Shown here: positions 13,990 through 26,318 of the stretch, piece after piece
Layout: each line of letters opens with the position of its first letter
Numbering within the stretch: the first letter of the stretch is position 1
Assembly: GCA_964016885.1 (NCBI GenBank)
Contig: OZ024742.1
Coordinates: 14,384,001 to 14,448,000 of the forward strand
Origin: Eledone cirrhosa
Taxonomy: Eukaryota
Length of the DNA stretch: 64,000 nt
Direction: 5' to 3'
Made by a program: the position numbers and the translations under genes
The notes under the pieces: generated by a model
Told to the model about the DNA's origin: nothing
The model's input: only the letters and a program-made list of their open reading frames with translations
Databases searched by the model: none

Positions 13990-14457
13990 TTAGATTACAG
14001 AGTTTGGTGCACTTTTAGGCTACGGCCAGCCACACAAACCTGTAACAGATCCTGAACAAGCAATGCCTGTGCTTTGAAGGTTTATTAAGTAGGTAAAGTC
14101 CTTGCACTCGACCAATCCCACTCTCTGAGCATCGAAAACACTACCCGAAAAGGAGAACTGGTCAACATCATTGGATGCTTCTGAAGCCGTAGATTTTTTT
14201 TCAGAGTTTCCCTCTCCTAAAAAGGTGTTGTGACAACAACTGGGGGCCTTTCTCTCCCAGGTGATAAAAAAAGTACTATTTGGATGGCTGTTAACTCTGC
14301 CTTTTGCCAGGTCTTGCATTTCATCCTGCAGGGTGTCCAAATATCACCCTCCTCACCAGGCAAGCTTGGTGGGGTTGCCGGTTTAGTCACTGATGACTCG
14401 ACCACGAGACAGGTTGTACTGGGTTACATGTTACCAGTAACACTCGAGAGCGACCTG
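13990..14457 (-). mobile_element. GC-richer LINE-like 5' leader fragment with hairpin motifs
   Basis: Shares TGGTGAGGAG...CAAGA.CTG..AAAAGG..GA...CCATCC blocks with 29703-29965; no long ORF. Confidence 0.45.
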
Positions 14458-15244
14458 ACATATATACATATACATATATGCAAACATACATACATACACA
14501 CACACACATATATATATACATATATAGACATACATACATACACAGATATATATATATATATACACACACATGCACACACAAACATCACATACAAGTAGAA
14601 ACAAAAGCAAAAATATTTGAAAGGTTGTGGTTTGTTTAGCATGTGCCTGGAATTCGGTCAGCAATAAGTTCAACACAAGCCACAGGACCCCCATAAAAAA
14701 AGGACCTCTTTGGTGTTCTCCAAGGTTCCTGATAGATCCCTTGAAAATATATCAAGATTAATAAATATTCTCAGTCTAAAGTCTGTCTCAAGTCAGGAGG
14801 CTCATCAGGCCGGTACTTATCCCAGTTTCTGTGGCATGAAGCAACTGAGAGTACAACATTCCCCTGGACAGGATGCCAGTCCATTGCAGGGTTAAACTCC
14901 CAGCTATTGCTGGTACTCATTTTCAGCTGAGTATACTGGAGCAATGTGAAATGAGCTGTTTTCCTCAAGAACACAACATACAACCCAGTCCAGGAATTGA
15001 ACTTACATTATGATCATAAGTCCAACACCCTCACAACAAGGCTATGCAACTATTTTTGAACTTAATCATCACCCTTCTCATTCCTCACCTGAAGTTGTTA
15101 CCACAATATTGTCTTGGCTTCCAAGACAAACCCACTTTTCATATCAAAGATATATTTGAATCTTTTCCTACAAACATTTAAAGTAATGGGAACAATAAAA
15201 CAAAGTTTAAAAAGAAAAGAAATAAAACAACAAACAAAAACACT

Positions 15245-15740
15245 AACCAGTTGACATAAACACCAACTTCCAGTTGACAAAAACATCAACCTCCAGTTGA
15301 CATAAACACCAGCCTCCAGTTGACATAAACACCGGCCTCTAGATGACATAAACACCAACCTCCAGATGACATAAACACCAACCTCCAATTGACCTAAACA
15401 CCAATCTCCAATTGACATAAACACCAACCTCCAATTAACATAAACACCAACCCCCAGTTCAGTTGACATAAACACCAACCTCCAGATGACATAAACACTA
15501 ACCTCCAGATGACATAAACACCAACCTCCAATTGACATAAATACCAACCTCAAGTTGACATAAACACCAACCTCCAGATGACATAAACACCAACCTCCAG
15601 ATGACGTAACCACCAACCTCCAGATGACATAAACACCAACCTCCAACTGACATAAACACCAACCTCCAGATGACATAAACACCAACCTCCAATTGACATA
15701 AACACCAACATCCAGATGACATAATCACTAACCTCCACCT
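15245..15740. repeat. 23-bp minisatellite (TGACATAAACACCAACCTCCAGA)
   Basis: About 20 tandem copies read directly. Confidence 0.95.
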
Positions 15741-16759
15741 CCAGTCAACAAAAATCATTAAAAAACAATGGTAAATTTATAGCAAGACACCCAGAACCAA
15801 TTTCAGTTGAAAATAATATAAGTTCTTCCTTTTTACGTTTGTACTTTTTGCTATCAATTAAACTTACCTCCTAATATGGCAGCAAGGACTTTTCCCCAGA
15901 AAAGGGAGAGGAAAGGAAAGGAAAGGAAAGGAAACATCACTTTTCATTCCCCCTCCTCCACTCTCCCCAGTTTTCTTTACCATTTTTCGACTCGGTTTTT
16001 ACATGTGCTACCAACTAATCTTACTTCCGGACATGTTGCAAAGGACTTTCCCCCCTCCCCGGAAAACGGAAGGGGGTGGATGGGTGGATGGGTTCTGCTA
16101 ATCTAGATAAAAAGGTCACTCCGTCCGTTGCAATAAGTGTTTCAGTTGATACAATCAACGAGACAGCCTGCTCATTAACGTGTAAGTCACCAAACATTCC
16201 ACAGACACGTGCACATGATGTAATTCTCAGGGAGATTCACACCACCACCAACAACTATAACAACAACACCACCACCAACTATAACAATTATAACAACAAC
16301 AACTATAACTCCCCCTCCCCCTCAACACCACCACCACCACCAGCAGAAATGTAGTTGTAAAGCCAGAGTAATAAACAAGCTGCCATTGGATTGGTTCAGA
16401 TAGCGGCCATATTGACTTCTGTTAAGTAAACAGGTGGAAGTGTTAGGAATTAAGATAGAAAAGAAACTTACCAATTGATTATGGATACAGGAGAAGAAAT
16501 CAATAGATACAAGATCAAATGTATGAAGAAGGACAGTTTTTTTAATAATGATTTCTTATATAGGTATGAAGGCAGAAAATTGGTAGAGTTATTGGGGTCA
16601 TCAGATTAAACATGTCTCTTGTTCCAGCTCACTGTATTCTTAGTTTAAATCCGAGGTCAGCTTTGTTTTTTTATCTTTTCGTAGTTGATAAATAAAATAC
16701 CAGTTCAATACTAGGGTCAATTCTTCTCTCTCTCTGTATATATATATATATATATATAT

Positions 16760-16888
16760 ATAGGAACCAGTAAGACCCCGACAGCTGAGCTCAAGCCGTT
16801 TCGACGGCTAATTCTGGACTAATTCTGAGTCCAGAATTAGCCGTCGAAACGGCTTGAGCTCAGCTGTCGGGGTCTTACTGGTTCCTAT
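16760..16888. repeat. Perfect inverted repeat, 61-bp arms and 7-nt loop (Penelope pLTR/hammerhead-derived)
   Basis: 16760-16820 is the exact reverse complement of 16828-16888. Confidence 0.95.
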
Positions 16889-16965
16889 TACCCACTCTAC
16901 TACCTCAAGTATTGAGTACTTTGGTGCGTTATGGTCCACCTGGTTCCTTACCACATTTCCTTCGT

Positions 16966-16989
<24 letters not shown>

Positions 16990-16997
<8 letters not shown>

Positions 16998-17327
16998 AAC
17001 GACTAAGCAGAGACAAGTTGAGAAAGAAACTGTGTATGGAAGGGATAAGTTGTAGTGTGTGGGAGAGAAGACTGCCATGGTATGGACATGTGATGCGCAT
17101 GGAGGATGACCGCTGGGTAAAGAAGTGCAAAGAAATCCCAGTGGAAGGAAGACACAGTAGAGGAACACCACGGAAATCATGGGCGGAGATGGTGAGAGCA
17201 GACCTCAGATCGTTGAAGCTCACAGAGGATATGACAAAGGACTGTGGTAAATGGAGAGATGCTGTGCTGAATAGGACCCGTCCCAACCTTGAAAGCAGGG
17301 AAAAGTGGACGTATGATGATGATGATT
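16990..17327 (+). mobile_element. RTE LINE 3' fragment with (GAT)n tail
   Basis: ERRLPWYGHVMRM..RGTPRKSW; ends ggacgtatgatgatgat. Confidence 0.85.
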
Positions 17328-18134
17328 ATATATATATATCAATCATATTATCTGGCCATTGCTCGATGACAGGAACTTTTACTGTCAACCTCAAAAGGAG
17401 GAAGATCAAAGTTGACCCTGGCGGGATTTGAACTCAGAGAGAGTAGAAAACCAGAACAAATATCGCAAGACATTTGACCTGACATTCTAAAGATTCCACC
17501 AATAAGAACGACAATGAGTACAAATTAGAATGGAACAGGGTTCTAATATATGACTTGAACTTCAAAGTATTGTGTGGGTGTTCAGGGTTTCTAAGGGGTT
17601 TACCAACTAAAGCAGCTGTTCCCTAGAAGACCTACATACTAGAGGTGAGTGGAGAATAGTTTTCACATTTTCCTCCATCACACACCGTCTTTATTGTATA
17701 AAAGGAACGATCGACTTTCGTCAAATCGGACCGAGGAAACAATGTTTCCATTGGTCTTTCCAATTGCTAATACTATCTATCGGTCGCAACTCCAGGTAGA
17801 AGGAGCAACGTGAAATAAAGTGTCTTGCCCAAGGACATAACGCATCGCCCGGTCCGGGAATCAAACTCACAATCTCACGATTGCGAATCCAATTCTCTAA
17901 CAACTCAGCCACATGCTTTTTATTGTATAAAGTATCTTTATTAACCAATTTGATACAAATCCACCCAACACTATCTGTGGCTCTATAAAACAATATCACC
18001 CATTTTAAAGGGTTCCTATTTTAACCTGCTCTGGTTCTATAGAACAATATCTCCTACTTAAACTGAAAATCTTCCAACATAATTTTATATAAGAATCATA
18101 TGCTAAGTTACCATCTTAGTAATGAAATAATTTA

Positions 18135-18600
18135 TCATCATCATCACCGTTTCACGACAGGTTGTCCTGTTGTGGGCAGTGTCCAGTTGGCTGACCTTGT
18201 CTTGCTCATACGGGAACTGATTCTGGCTTGATTTCTACAGCTGGATGCCCTTCCTAACACCAACCTCAATTATAGTGAGTGGTGGGTGCTTTTTTTGCTG
18301 TGGCACCTACACGTCCACTTTACAGTGTGGGCTGGGTGCTTTTTTGCAGTGGCACTTCCACGACCACTTTGCAGTGGGAGGGTGTGGGGGCATATTGTCT
18401 ATATGCTTCAGCTTCGGCTTGTACCCGTGGGGGGTCGGGTCTTCTGTATTACTGCGTGACGCCAGAGGTCACGGTCGTGTGTCATCGCCTTTGAGAGGTG
18501 TAACTGGGTAAGGTCGGCTTTTATCCCCTCATCCCAGGTCTTCTTGGGTCTCCCCACTCCACGGTTTCCATCGACTTCTAGTGCTCTGCACCTTTTTATA
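18135..18600 (-). mobile_element. RTE LINE 3' fragment
   Basis: GVGRPKKTWDE C-terminus plus family 3' UTR. Confidence 0.85.
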
Positions 18601-19022
18601 TTTTTAGTAAATCCTTCAAATTTTTTCATTAATTGAAATATATTTTAATTAGAAATATGGCCATGACAGGTTTAGCAGTACATAAATAGTTGCAAGGATT
18701 AGTAATAAATTATTAAACATTTGTTAATTTTTATTGTGGTTGTGTGACTATTAAAGAGGAAACATCTTTAGGATATAATTTTGGCAATAATATACATGTG
18801 TGGTTGCCATGAAAAGTCATTGTGTGGTCACATTGAGAGGTCATTGGGTCATTGTGTGGCCAAGCATTGGTACATAGCTAGACAGTCTTTAGAATATAAT
18901 TTTGACTGTTATACATGTGTGGTTGCCATGAAAGGTCATTAGGTCAATGTGAGGCCTAGCATTTGTATATAGCTAACCCGTCTAACCCATGCTAGTGTGG
19001 AAGATGGACATTAAATGCTGTT

Positions 19023-19425
19023 GTGGAGTCTGTGCTGCTGTACAAGTCTGAGACTTGGACACTGACCAAGAAACTCACTCAGATGGTGGATGGGTGCTAC
19101 ACGAGAATGCTGAGGATGGCTCTGAACATAAATCAGTATACACTGAGGATGAAAAACTCAGCTGTATGGGAGCCTCCCAAAAGTCAGCTCAAAAGTGACA
19201 CAGAGGAGACTGAGGTTAGCTGGACATGCTCACCGACATCCAGAGTTGACATTGCACTCAGTGCTCCTGTGGGAGCCCCTGCATGGACACACTGGAAGAG
19301 GAAGACCAAGGTTAACATATGTTGATGCCCTAAGGACAGACACTGGTCTCTTGGAGATGCAGGACATGACAGCGATAATGAGGGACAGTGACCGCTGGAG
19401 AGAACTCGTCCATGGATCTCAGTAA
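19023..19425 (+). mobile_element. C-terminal fragment of a different RTE-clade family
   Basis: VLLYKSETWTL...RMLRMALNI; RRLRLAGH...GRGRPRLTYVD. Confidence 0.8.
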
Positions 19426-19652
19426 TTTTATCTGCCCTAGATAAATAATAATTGTTTCTACTTTTGGCACAAGGCCAGCAATTACCCAGTACATTACTGG
19501 TACTTTATTTTATCGACCCCGTAAGGATGAAAGGCAAAGTTAACCTCGGCGGGATATGAACTCAGTTCGTAAAGGGACGTAACTGTGCTGCAAAGCATGG
19601 CGTCTGACCCTCTACCGATACTGCCAATCCACCTAGATAATAATGATATACA

Positions 19653-19686
<34 letters not shown>

Positions 19687-19689
<3 letters not shown>

Positions 19690-22600
19690 TCATCATCATC
19701 GTTTAACGTCCATATTCCACGCTTGCATGGGTTTGGACGGGAGTTTTCCCACTTGAGGCAAGAGTGGTTGTCTTGCTCGCATAGGACTGTCTGGCGGGTT
19801 TTCTACGGCTGGATGCCCTTCCTAACACCAACCACATTTACAGTGTGGACTGGGAGGTTTTTACCGTGTTACCTACACGGCCACATTACAGCGTGGACTG
19901 TGTGTTTTTTTTGTCGTGACCCCTACACAACCTCATTTGTTTTGGCCTGGATGTTGTGGCACCAACATAACTTTACATTGAAAGGGGCGGTGTGGATGGG
20001 GTGGGGGTGGTGGGACGGGGGTGTATTTTGTTAGAGATGCCTACTGACTGTAGTAGGTTTTACTTTGTATTTAGGTAAGGCGGGTCTTCTCTATTACTGA
20101 GTACCGCCAAAGATCTCGGTCCAGTGACATTGTCTTGGAGAGGTGTAAGTGTGTGAGGTCGGAATTTATCAAGTCGTCCCAGGTTTTTCTGGGTCTGCCT
20201 ACTCCGTGGTTACCGTCTATCTTTATTGCCCTGCACTTTTTTATACAGCTGTCGTCTTTCATGCGCATCACATGACCATACCAACGTAGCCTTCTCTCGA
20301 GTAAACAACATCTGATCCCCCTTATTTCTAATTTTTCCCTTAGTTCGTTTATGCTTTGCCGTTCACATATATTACTATTACACATCCAGCGGAGCATGCA
20401 AGCTTCGTTCCTCTCTAGTCTGCGTATATCCTCTGCACACAATGCCCAGGTCTCACTGCCATGCAACATTGTTGTTCGTATGCAGGCATCATACAACCTG
20501 CCTTTCATTTTTAGGGAGAACCCTTTAGCGGCCAATAGTGGTATAAGCTCTCTGAACTTTTTCCATCCAGTTCTGACTCTAGCTACTGTACTTTCAGAGC
20601 ACCCTCCCCCACTGCTGATTTTGTCACCCAGGTAAAGGAAGCTGTCCACTATTTTTATAGAACCCTCTGCGCAATTGAAAGAGCTAGTATTTTGTGGGCA
20701 CTTGCTGCTACTTATTGCACCAGAACACCGGCCACATGTAAAATCTATGTTCTTAGTTAGCTTACCTGTGATCCCACTACATCTTTTATGCACCCATACT
20801 TTGCATTTGGGACATAAAATGGAGTTTCTACCTACGCCTTTCCTACACACTGAGCATGGCCATTTCCCGGAAGGGACCGGCGCCTTATTTTCTTTCCTAC
20901 AAACTAGTACTTTAGTCTTAGCCAGGTTAATTTTAAGGCCTTTTGATTCTAGGCCGTGCTTCCATGTTTGGAATTTCTTCTCTAGCTCGGCCATTGATTC
21001 AGCTATGAGCGTTAGATCATCTGCGTATAGGAGTTCCCATGGGCAGCTGGTCTTGAACTCCACTGTTATAGCCTGAAGGGCAATAATAAATAGTAGGGGG
21101 CTAAGAATAGAGCCCTGATGAACACCAACTTTTACGCTAAACTCTCCACTATATTCGTTGTTAATTCTAACCTTGCTGACTGTTTCTTTATACATGGCTT
21201 GTATAGCTCTCACAAGCCATTCGTCAACACCTAGGTTTCTAAGAACCCACCAGATAATGAAACGTGGGACTCTGTCGAAGGCTTTCTCCAAGTCGACAAA
21301 AGCTAAGTATAGGGGTTTACTTTTAGCTAGGTACTTCTCCTGTAGTTGTCGTACAATGAAGAAAGCGTCTGTGGTACTTTTGCCTGACACAAACCCGAAC
21401 TGCATTTCATCTAGATCAATTCTTTCTCTGATTAGTTGCGCTATTACTTTTTCCGTGACCTTCATGACCTGGTCGATTAATTTAATGCCTCTATAGTTAC
21501 TCCTATCTAGGGCGTCTCCTTTACCCTTGTAATAGTTAACGATGATGCTGCTATGCCAGTCCTTCGGAACAACCCCATTCTGTATGATTTGGTTTACTAT
21601 CCGGGTGACCATGGTGTGTCCCACCGTTCCAGAGGCTTTCAGCATCTCAGCAACTATTTCCGAAGGCCCAGCCGCCTTACCCGTCTTCATATCTTTGATT
21701 GCCTTACTTATTATACTACCTTCGACTAACACTGCTGGTCCCTCTATTGGGTCGATGTGGGGGGAGACTGTCTTTCTCCCATTTATTCTCCTCATTTAGT
21801 AGCCTTTCGTAGTGACATTTCCAAGCTACCTTCTTATCAGCGTCAGTGATGGCAAGTACGCCATCATCATTAAGTACACACTTCTCCCCGACAATATCAC
21901 AGTTTTCCTTGACACATTGCCTAGCAATCCTGAACACCTCACGTTTTTGGTCCTCGCGTTGTAGAACATGCTTGAACTTTCTTTCCTCTGCTTCCCTTCT
22001 TGCGAAGTACACTTGTCTCCTAGCTTCCCTCCTGGCCACTTGATAGTCTTCTCTACTTCCTCCATCCCGCCATACTTTCCAAGCCTGCTTTTTGGCCTTA
22101 ATTGACTCCTCCACCTTACTGTTCCACCACCATGTTACTCTCCTCCTGCCTACAGGCCTGCTCCAGCCACAGATTTCGTCTGCTGCCATCAGCAGGTTTG
22201 CTTTCAGGAATTCCCACTGTTCCTCTATATTGTACAACTCTAATTGCTCTTCCTTACTGTCGAAAGCATCAAGTAATATGCTTTGAAATTTATTTCTGGC
22301 TGTGGGGTCCTTTAGCTTCCATATTTTTCTCCTGAGGATAGTCCTCTTCTGCTGTCTAGTACGTCTCGTCCTGACTATGAGGTCGCTAATTATCAGTCTA
22401 TGTTGGGAGGTGCATTCTTCATGGGGGAGGGATTTAGTGTTTACAACAGACACTCTGTCACGTCTTCTGGTAAGGATATAATCTACCTGGCTGGTATGTT
22501 CCCCTGATCTGTAGGTGATCAAGTGATTGTCTCATTTTTTGAAGTTAGTGTTACAGATAGTTAGGTTATTTGCATCACAGAATTCCAGGATTCTGGAGCC

Positions 22601-23412
22601 TTCCTCATTTCTAGTACCAAACCCATAGCCTCCGTGGATTCCGTCATAGCCGTCACAATGTTGTCCAACGTGGCCATTTAGGTCGCCAGCAATAATTATA
22701 TAGTCACTGTTGGTTATTTGGGCGGTTGTGAGCATCAGTGTCTCATAGAATCTGTCTTTTATAGCGCCAGGCAGTCCGGATTGGGGCGCGTATGCAGATA
22801 TTACTGTCACAGTAGTTCTATTTAGAACAAGTCTTATTTTAATTATTCTGTCATTCACTCTATTTACATCTATTATCTTATCCACCCATTTTTCTGCTAA
22901 CATGATTCCTACCCCACCCAGCCCATTGTCATTTCCCACCCAGAAAAGCTTATAGCAACGTTTTTTACCCACAATGAATCTAGCAGACCCGCCCCTCCAC
23001 CTGGTCTCTTGGATACAGCAAACATCAGCCTCCTTACGTTCAAGCATTTCTACAACCTCGTTAGAGCGGCCTTTTAAGGTGCCTACATTTATGGTACCAA
23101 CTCTGAAGTTTTGGATTGTGTTTGGAGGATGGGCCGCAGGGAGGGGTGAGGGGGATGGGGTTGGGGTTATGTTGGCCATCCGCGGCCGAAACAAAGAGGA
23201 GGGCGCCTTGCCCTTTCGTCCGGCAGCATGAGGTGAATTTGTCGTTATCTTTGGCATTGTCATCGAGTGTCCAGATTCTTCCGACTCTCCAGAAATTCCT
23301 TAGTCCATCCATCATATCAAAAAGCAGCCAGAAGTGATAGCATAGGCCGTTGAATTGTGATTGGTCCAAATAATAAAGGTGGAGAGTGGGGGCGGGGTAT
23401 GGGGTAGTTAGC
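19687..23412 (-). mobile_element. Near full-length RTE LINE copy A (APE-RT-PHD), one nonsense codon and one +1 frameshift
   Basis: ORFs 22532-23263, 21716-22522, 20071-21795 colinear with copy B; TGA at 22532-22534 where B has Arg; G6 run near 21759-21764 where B has 5; (GAT)n tail. Confidence 0.95.
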
Positions 23413-24210
23413 AAAGAGAAGATTATTTAGAACAAGCGTGGAGAAAATTATTTAGAACAGTGAGACAGAATTATAGGATAGCAAAGAGAAGATTATTTAG
23501 AACAGTGAGACAGAATTATAGGATAGCAACGATTGTAGATATATGGATGAATGAACCGAAGGTTGAGGAGACAAGAAGAAAATGTTATATTATACATTAC
23601 ATTTTCGTAGAAGTCGACTGACCATTTAATAAGAGTTGACAAATTCTGAGTTTTGTCCTTATATATATATATATATATATATAGTAAGAATATTTTCGAA
23701 ACAGCGAGCAAGTTTGAAATTAGAAATATAAGCTATACGTCAATACTCATCTTTTTCCATTTCTCTGAGGGTTCTAAACCCCACTATCAGGCTAAATTAT
23801 TTCTTTAGTCTAAACACGGCGATAGCTTATATTTCTAATTTATATATATATATATACAGCTAAATATTCTTTAGGATAGATACAGGCTTGGCTATGTGTG
23901 GTCACCATGAAAAGTCATTAGGTCATTGTGAGGTCTAACATTTGTATATAGTTAAAGTCATTGATGCGGTCAATTGGCTGAAGGGTCAAATCATCAGATG
24001 ACTTTGTTATTTGTTCTGGCTGTTGATTTGTTCAAAGTCCATCGAGATCAACTTTACCTTTCATTCTTACGAAGTCGATAAAATAAAGTACCAGTAACAT
24101 ACTGAGGCCAGTTTAATCAACATCCCCCTCCCCAAAATTGCTGGCCTTGTGCCTAAATCAGAAATTATTATTATTATTATCTACCTGCCTTCATTTCAGA
24201 CGGAACCAAA

Positions 24211-24283
24211 ATGTCGGTATTATTCTGGGTGACAGCCATCTTTTTATGTTATGTAACTATGGCAACAGATTATCATGACACAG
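24211..24283 (+). CDS. Host gene coding exon 1: signal peptide MSVLFWVTAIFLCYVTMATDYHDT
   Basis: Acceptor tttcag at 24194-24199, ATG 24211 in AAAATG context, hydrophobic core, donor CAG|gtaac; phase 1 matches next exon. Confidence 0.8.
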
Positions 24284-24301
24284 GTAACAACTTTACTTAC
24301 C

Positions 24302-24628
24302 TTTGTTGTTGTTGATACTGTTATTGTTGTTGTTACAGTTACTGTTGTTGTTATTGTTATTGTTACTGTTGTTGTTACAGTTACTGTTGTTATTTTTGTT
24401 GTTACTGTTGTTGTTGTTGTTACTACTGTTGTTACAGTTACTGTTGTTGTTGTTACTGTTGTTGTTACTGTTGTTGTTGTTACTGTTGTTGTTGTTACTG
24501 TTGTTGTTGTTACTGTTGTTGTTGTTACTGTTGTTGTTGTTACTGTTGTTGTTACTACTGTTGTTGTTGTTGTTGTTGTTGTTGCTACTGTTGTTGTTGT
24601 TACTGTTGTTGTTACTGTTGTTGTTACT
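24302..24628. repeat. (GTT)n/(GTTGTTACT)n microsatellite in intron
   Basis: Direct reading. Confidence 0.97.
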
Positions 24629-24936
24629 TCCAGGGTCAATATAGTCAAGACGGTGACATGGTGGAATCGGTAGAGCATCAGACCAAATCTTTTGTAGTTT
24701 TTGTTTTACTGTGGTTAGTCACCTGGTTTAACACCTGACTCTGATGTGAGGTTCAGGCCCTCGCCTTCTGACAATTATTTTCTCCCTCCCACCAATAATG
24801 GGAGCCCAGAATTGGGTGAGGAGCACTGTCCCTCCACGCTGGTAGATACAGGGTTAACTTCGGATGAAATTGTAGGAGAATTTTAAACCTAGCTGAGTCT
24901 AACCCTCTTCACGTTGTAATACAGATGATATCTTCC

Positions 24937-25122
24937 AGAGAGAGGGGGGGGGGGAGGGAGAGAGATAGACAGAGAAAGAGAGGCAGACAGACAGAAAGAG
25001 AGAGGAGAGAGAAGAGAGAGAGAGGAGAGAGTGAGAGAGAGACAGAGAAAGAGAGGCAGACAGACAGACAGACAGACAGAAAGAGAGAGGAGAGAGAGAG
25101 AGAGGCAGACAGACAGACAGAA

Positions 25123-25176
<54 letters not shown>

Positions 25177-25206
25177 AGCAGAGGGAAAGTGAGAGAGAGA
25201 AAGAGA
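24937..25206. repeat. (GA)n/(GACA)n microsatellite
   Basis: Direct reading. Confidence 0.95.
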
Positions 25207-25290
25207 GGAAATGAAAGAAAAAGAAAGAGAAGTTTTGTCCTTTCCTAGAGTTTAGTGAATAATATATTAATTCTTCATGTTTATTTGCAG

Positions 25291-25553
25291 GAAATATCCA
25301 CTGGACTTTTACTTTTACGACAGCTACAGACAACATAGCAGCTTCTGATGCCAACCAACATCTAATTCTTCGTGGAACTCTTGGAAACTCTCATATAATA
25401 TCTCTGAATGAAGTCAAAGACTTCAGCAGATTTGAGAAAGGACGTACTGATATATTTAACGTAACAATACCTGATATTGGACTACTGAGGAATGTTACAT
25501 TTTGGAATGACAAAACAGGGAGGAGAATTGGACCTATCTGGAATATTAAAAAG
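25291..25553 (+). CDS. Host gene coding exon 2: PLAT/LH2 domain
   Basis: ttgcag acceptor, AAG|gtaac donor; open frame NIHWTFTFTTATDNIAASDANQHLILRGTLGNS...FEKGRTDIFNV..DIGLLRNVTFWND.TG...W matches the PLAT consensus. Confidence 0.88.
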
Positions 25554-25910
25554 GTAACAAAAATACTTTTTAACACATATCATCCTCATCGTTTAACGTC
25601 CATCTTCCACACTAGCATGGGTTAGATGGGAATTGTCCCACTTGAGGCAAGATTGGTCGGGTGTCAGTGTCTCGCTTGTATAGGACTATCTGGCAGGTTT
25701 TCTATGGCTGTGGACTGGGAGCTTTTTACCATGTTACCTACACAGCCACATTACAGCGTGGACTGTGTGTGTTTTTTTTTTGTCATGACACCTACACGAC
25801 CTCATTTATTTGGACTGGATGTTGCGGTACCAACATAACATATACACATCCATTTTGTTTTACATATATTCAATCATTACCTTCTATCTAGCTACCCAAC
25901 ACCCCTCCCT

Positions 25911-25998
25911 CCCGCCCCCACGCACCACCATTGCTATTACGTGGACCAATCATAAGCCAGAGCCCCCACGCATCACCAGTATTATTACGCGGACCAAT
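25911..25998 (+). promoter_or_regulatory. Candidate internal promoter of RTE: GC box and two CCAAT boxes
   Basis: CCCGCCCC 25911-25918; GGACCAATCA at about 25943 and 25991; copy A keeps the GC box and one CCAAT (23360-23397) although its flanking sequence has diverged. Confidence 0.5.
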
Positions 25999-26318
25999 CA
26001 GAAGCCAGAGGCCTATACTATCGCTTGCCTGGTTGCCTTTCGATATATGATGGATGGATGGACTGCGGAATCCTGGAGAGTGGAGGAGAGAGAGAGAAAA
26101 ATCTGGACGCTCAGCGACAATGCCAAAGATAAAGACAAATTCACCTCTTGGACGAGAATGCGAGCACTCCTCATTGTTTCGACCGCGGACGGCTAACATA
26201 ACCCCATCGCCCCCCGCCCCCCACCGCCCCCAACCCCCAAACGCAATCCAAAACTTCAGAGTTGGTACCATAAATGTAGGCACCCTAAAGGGTCGCGCTA
26301 ACGAGGTTGTAGAAATGC

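Noticed and set aside
15098-15758. Hydrophobic repeat ORFs
   Set aside because: 23-bp minisatellite read in all frames
22532-22534. In-frame TGA in RTE copy A as selenocysteine or readthrough
   Set aside because: Aligns to Arg (CGT) in copy B; best explained as a CGA>TGA nonsense mutation
24244-24678. Poly-Thr mucin, poly-Leu and poly-Val ORFs
   Set aside because: (GTT)n microsatellite inside intron 1
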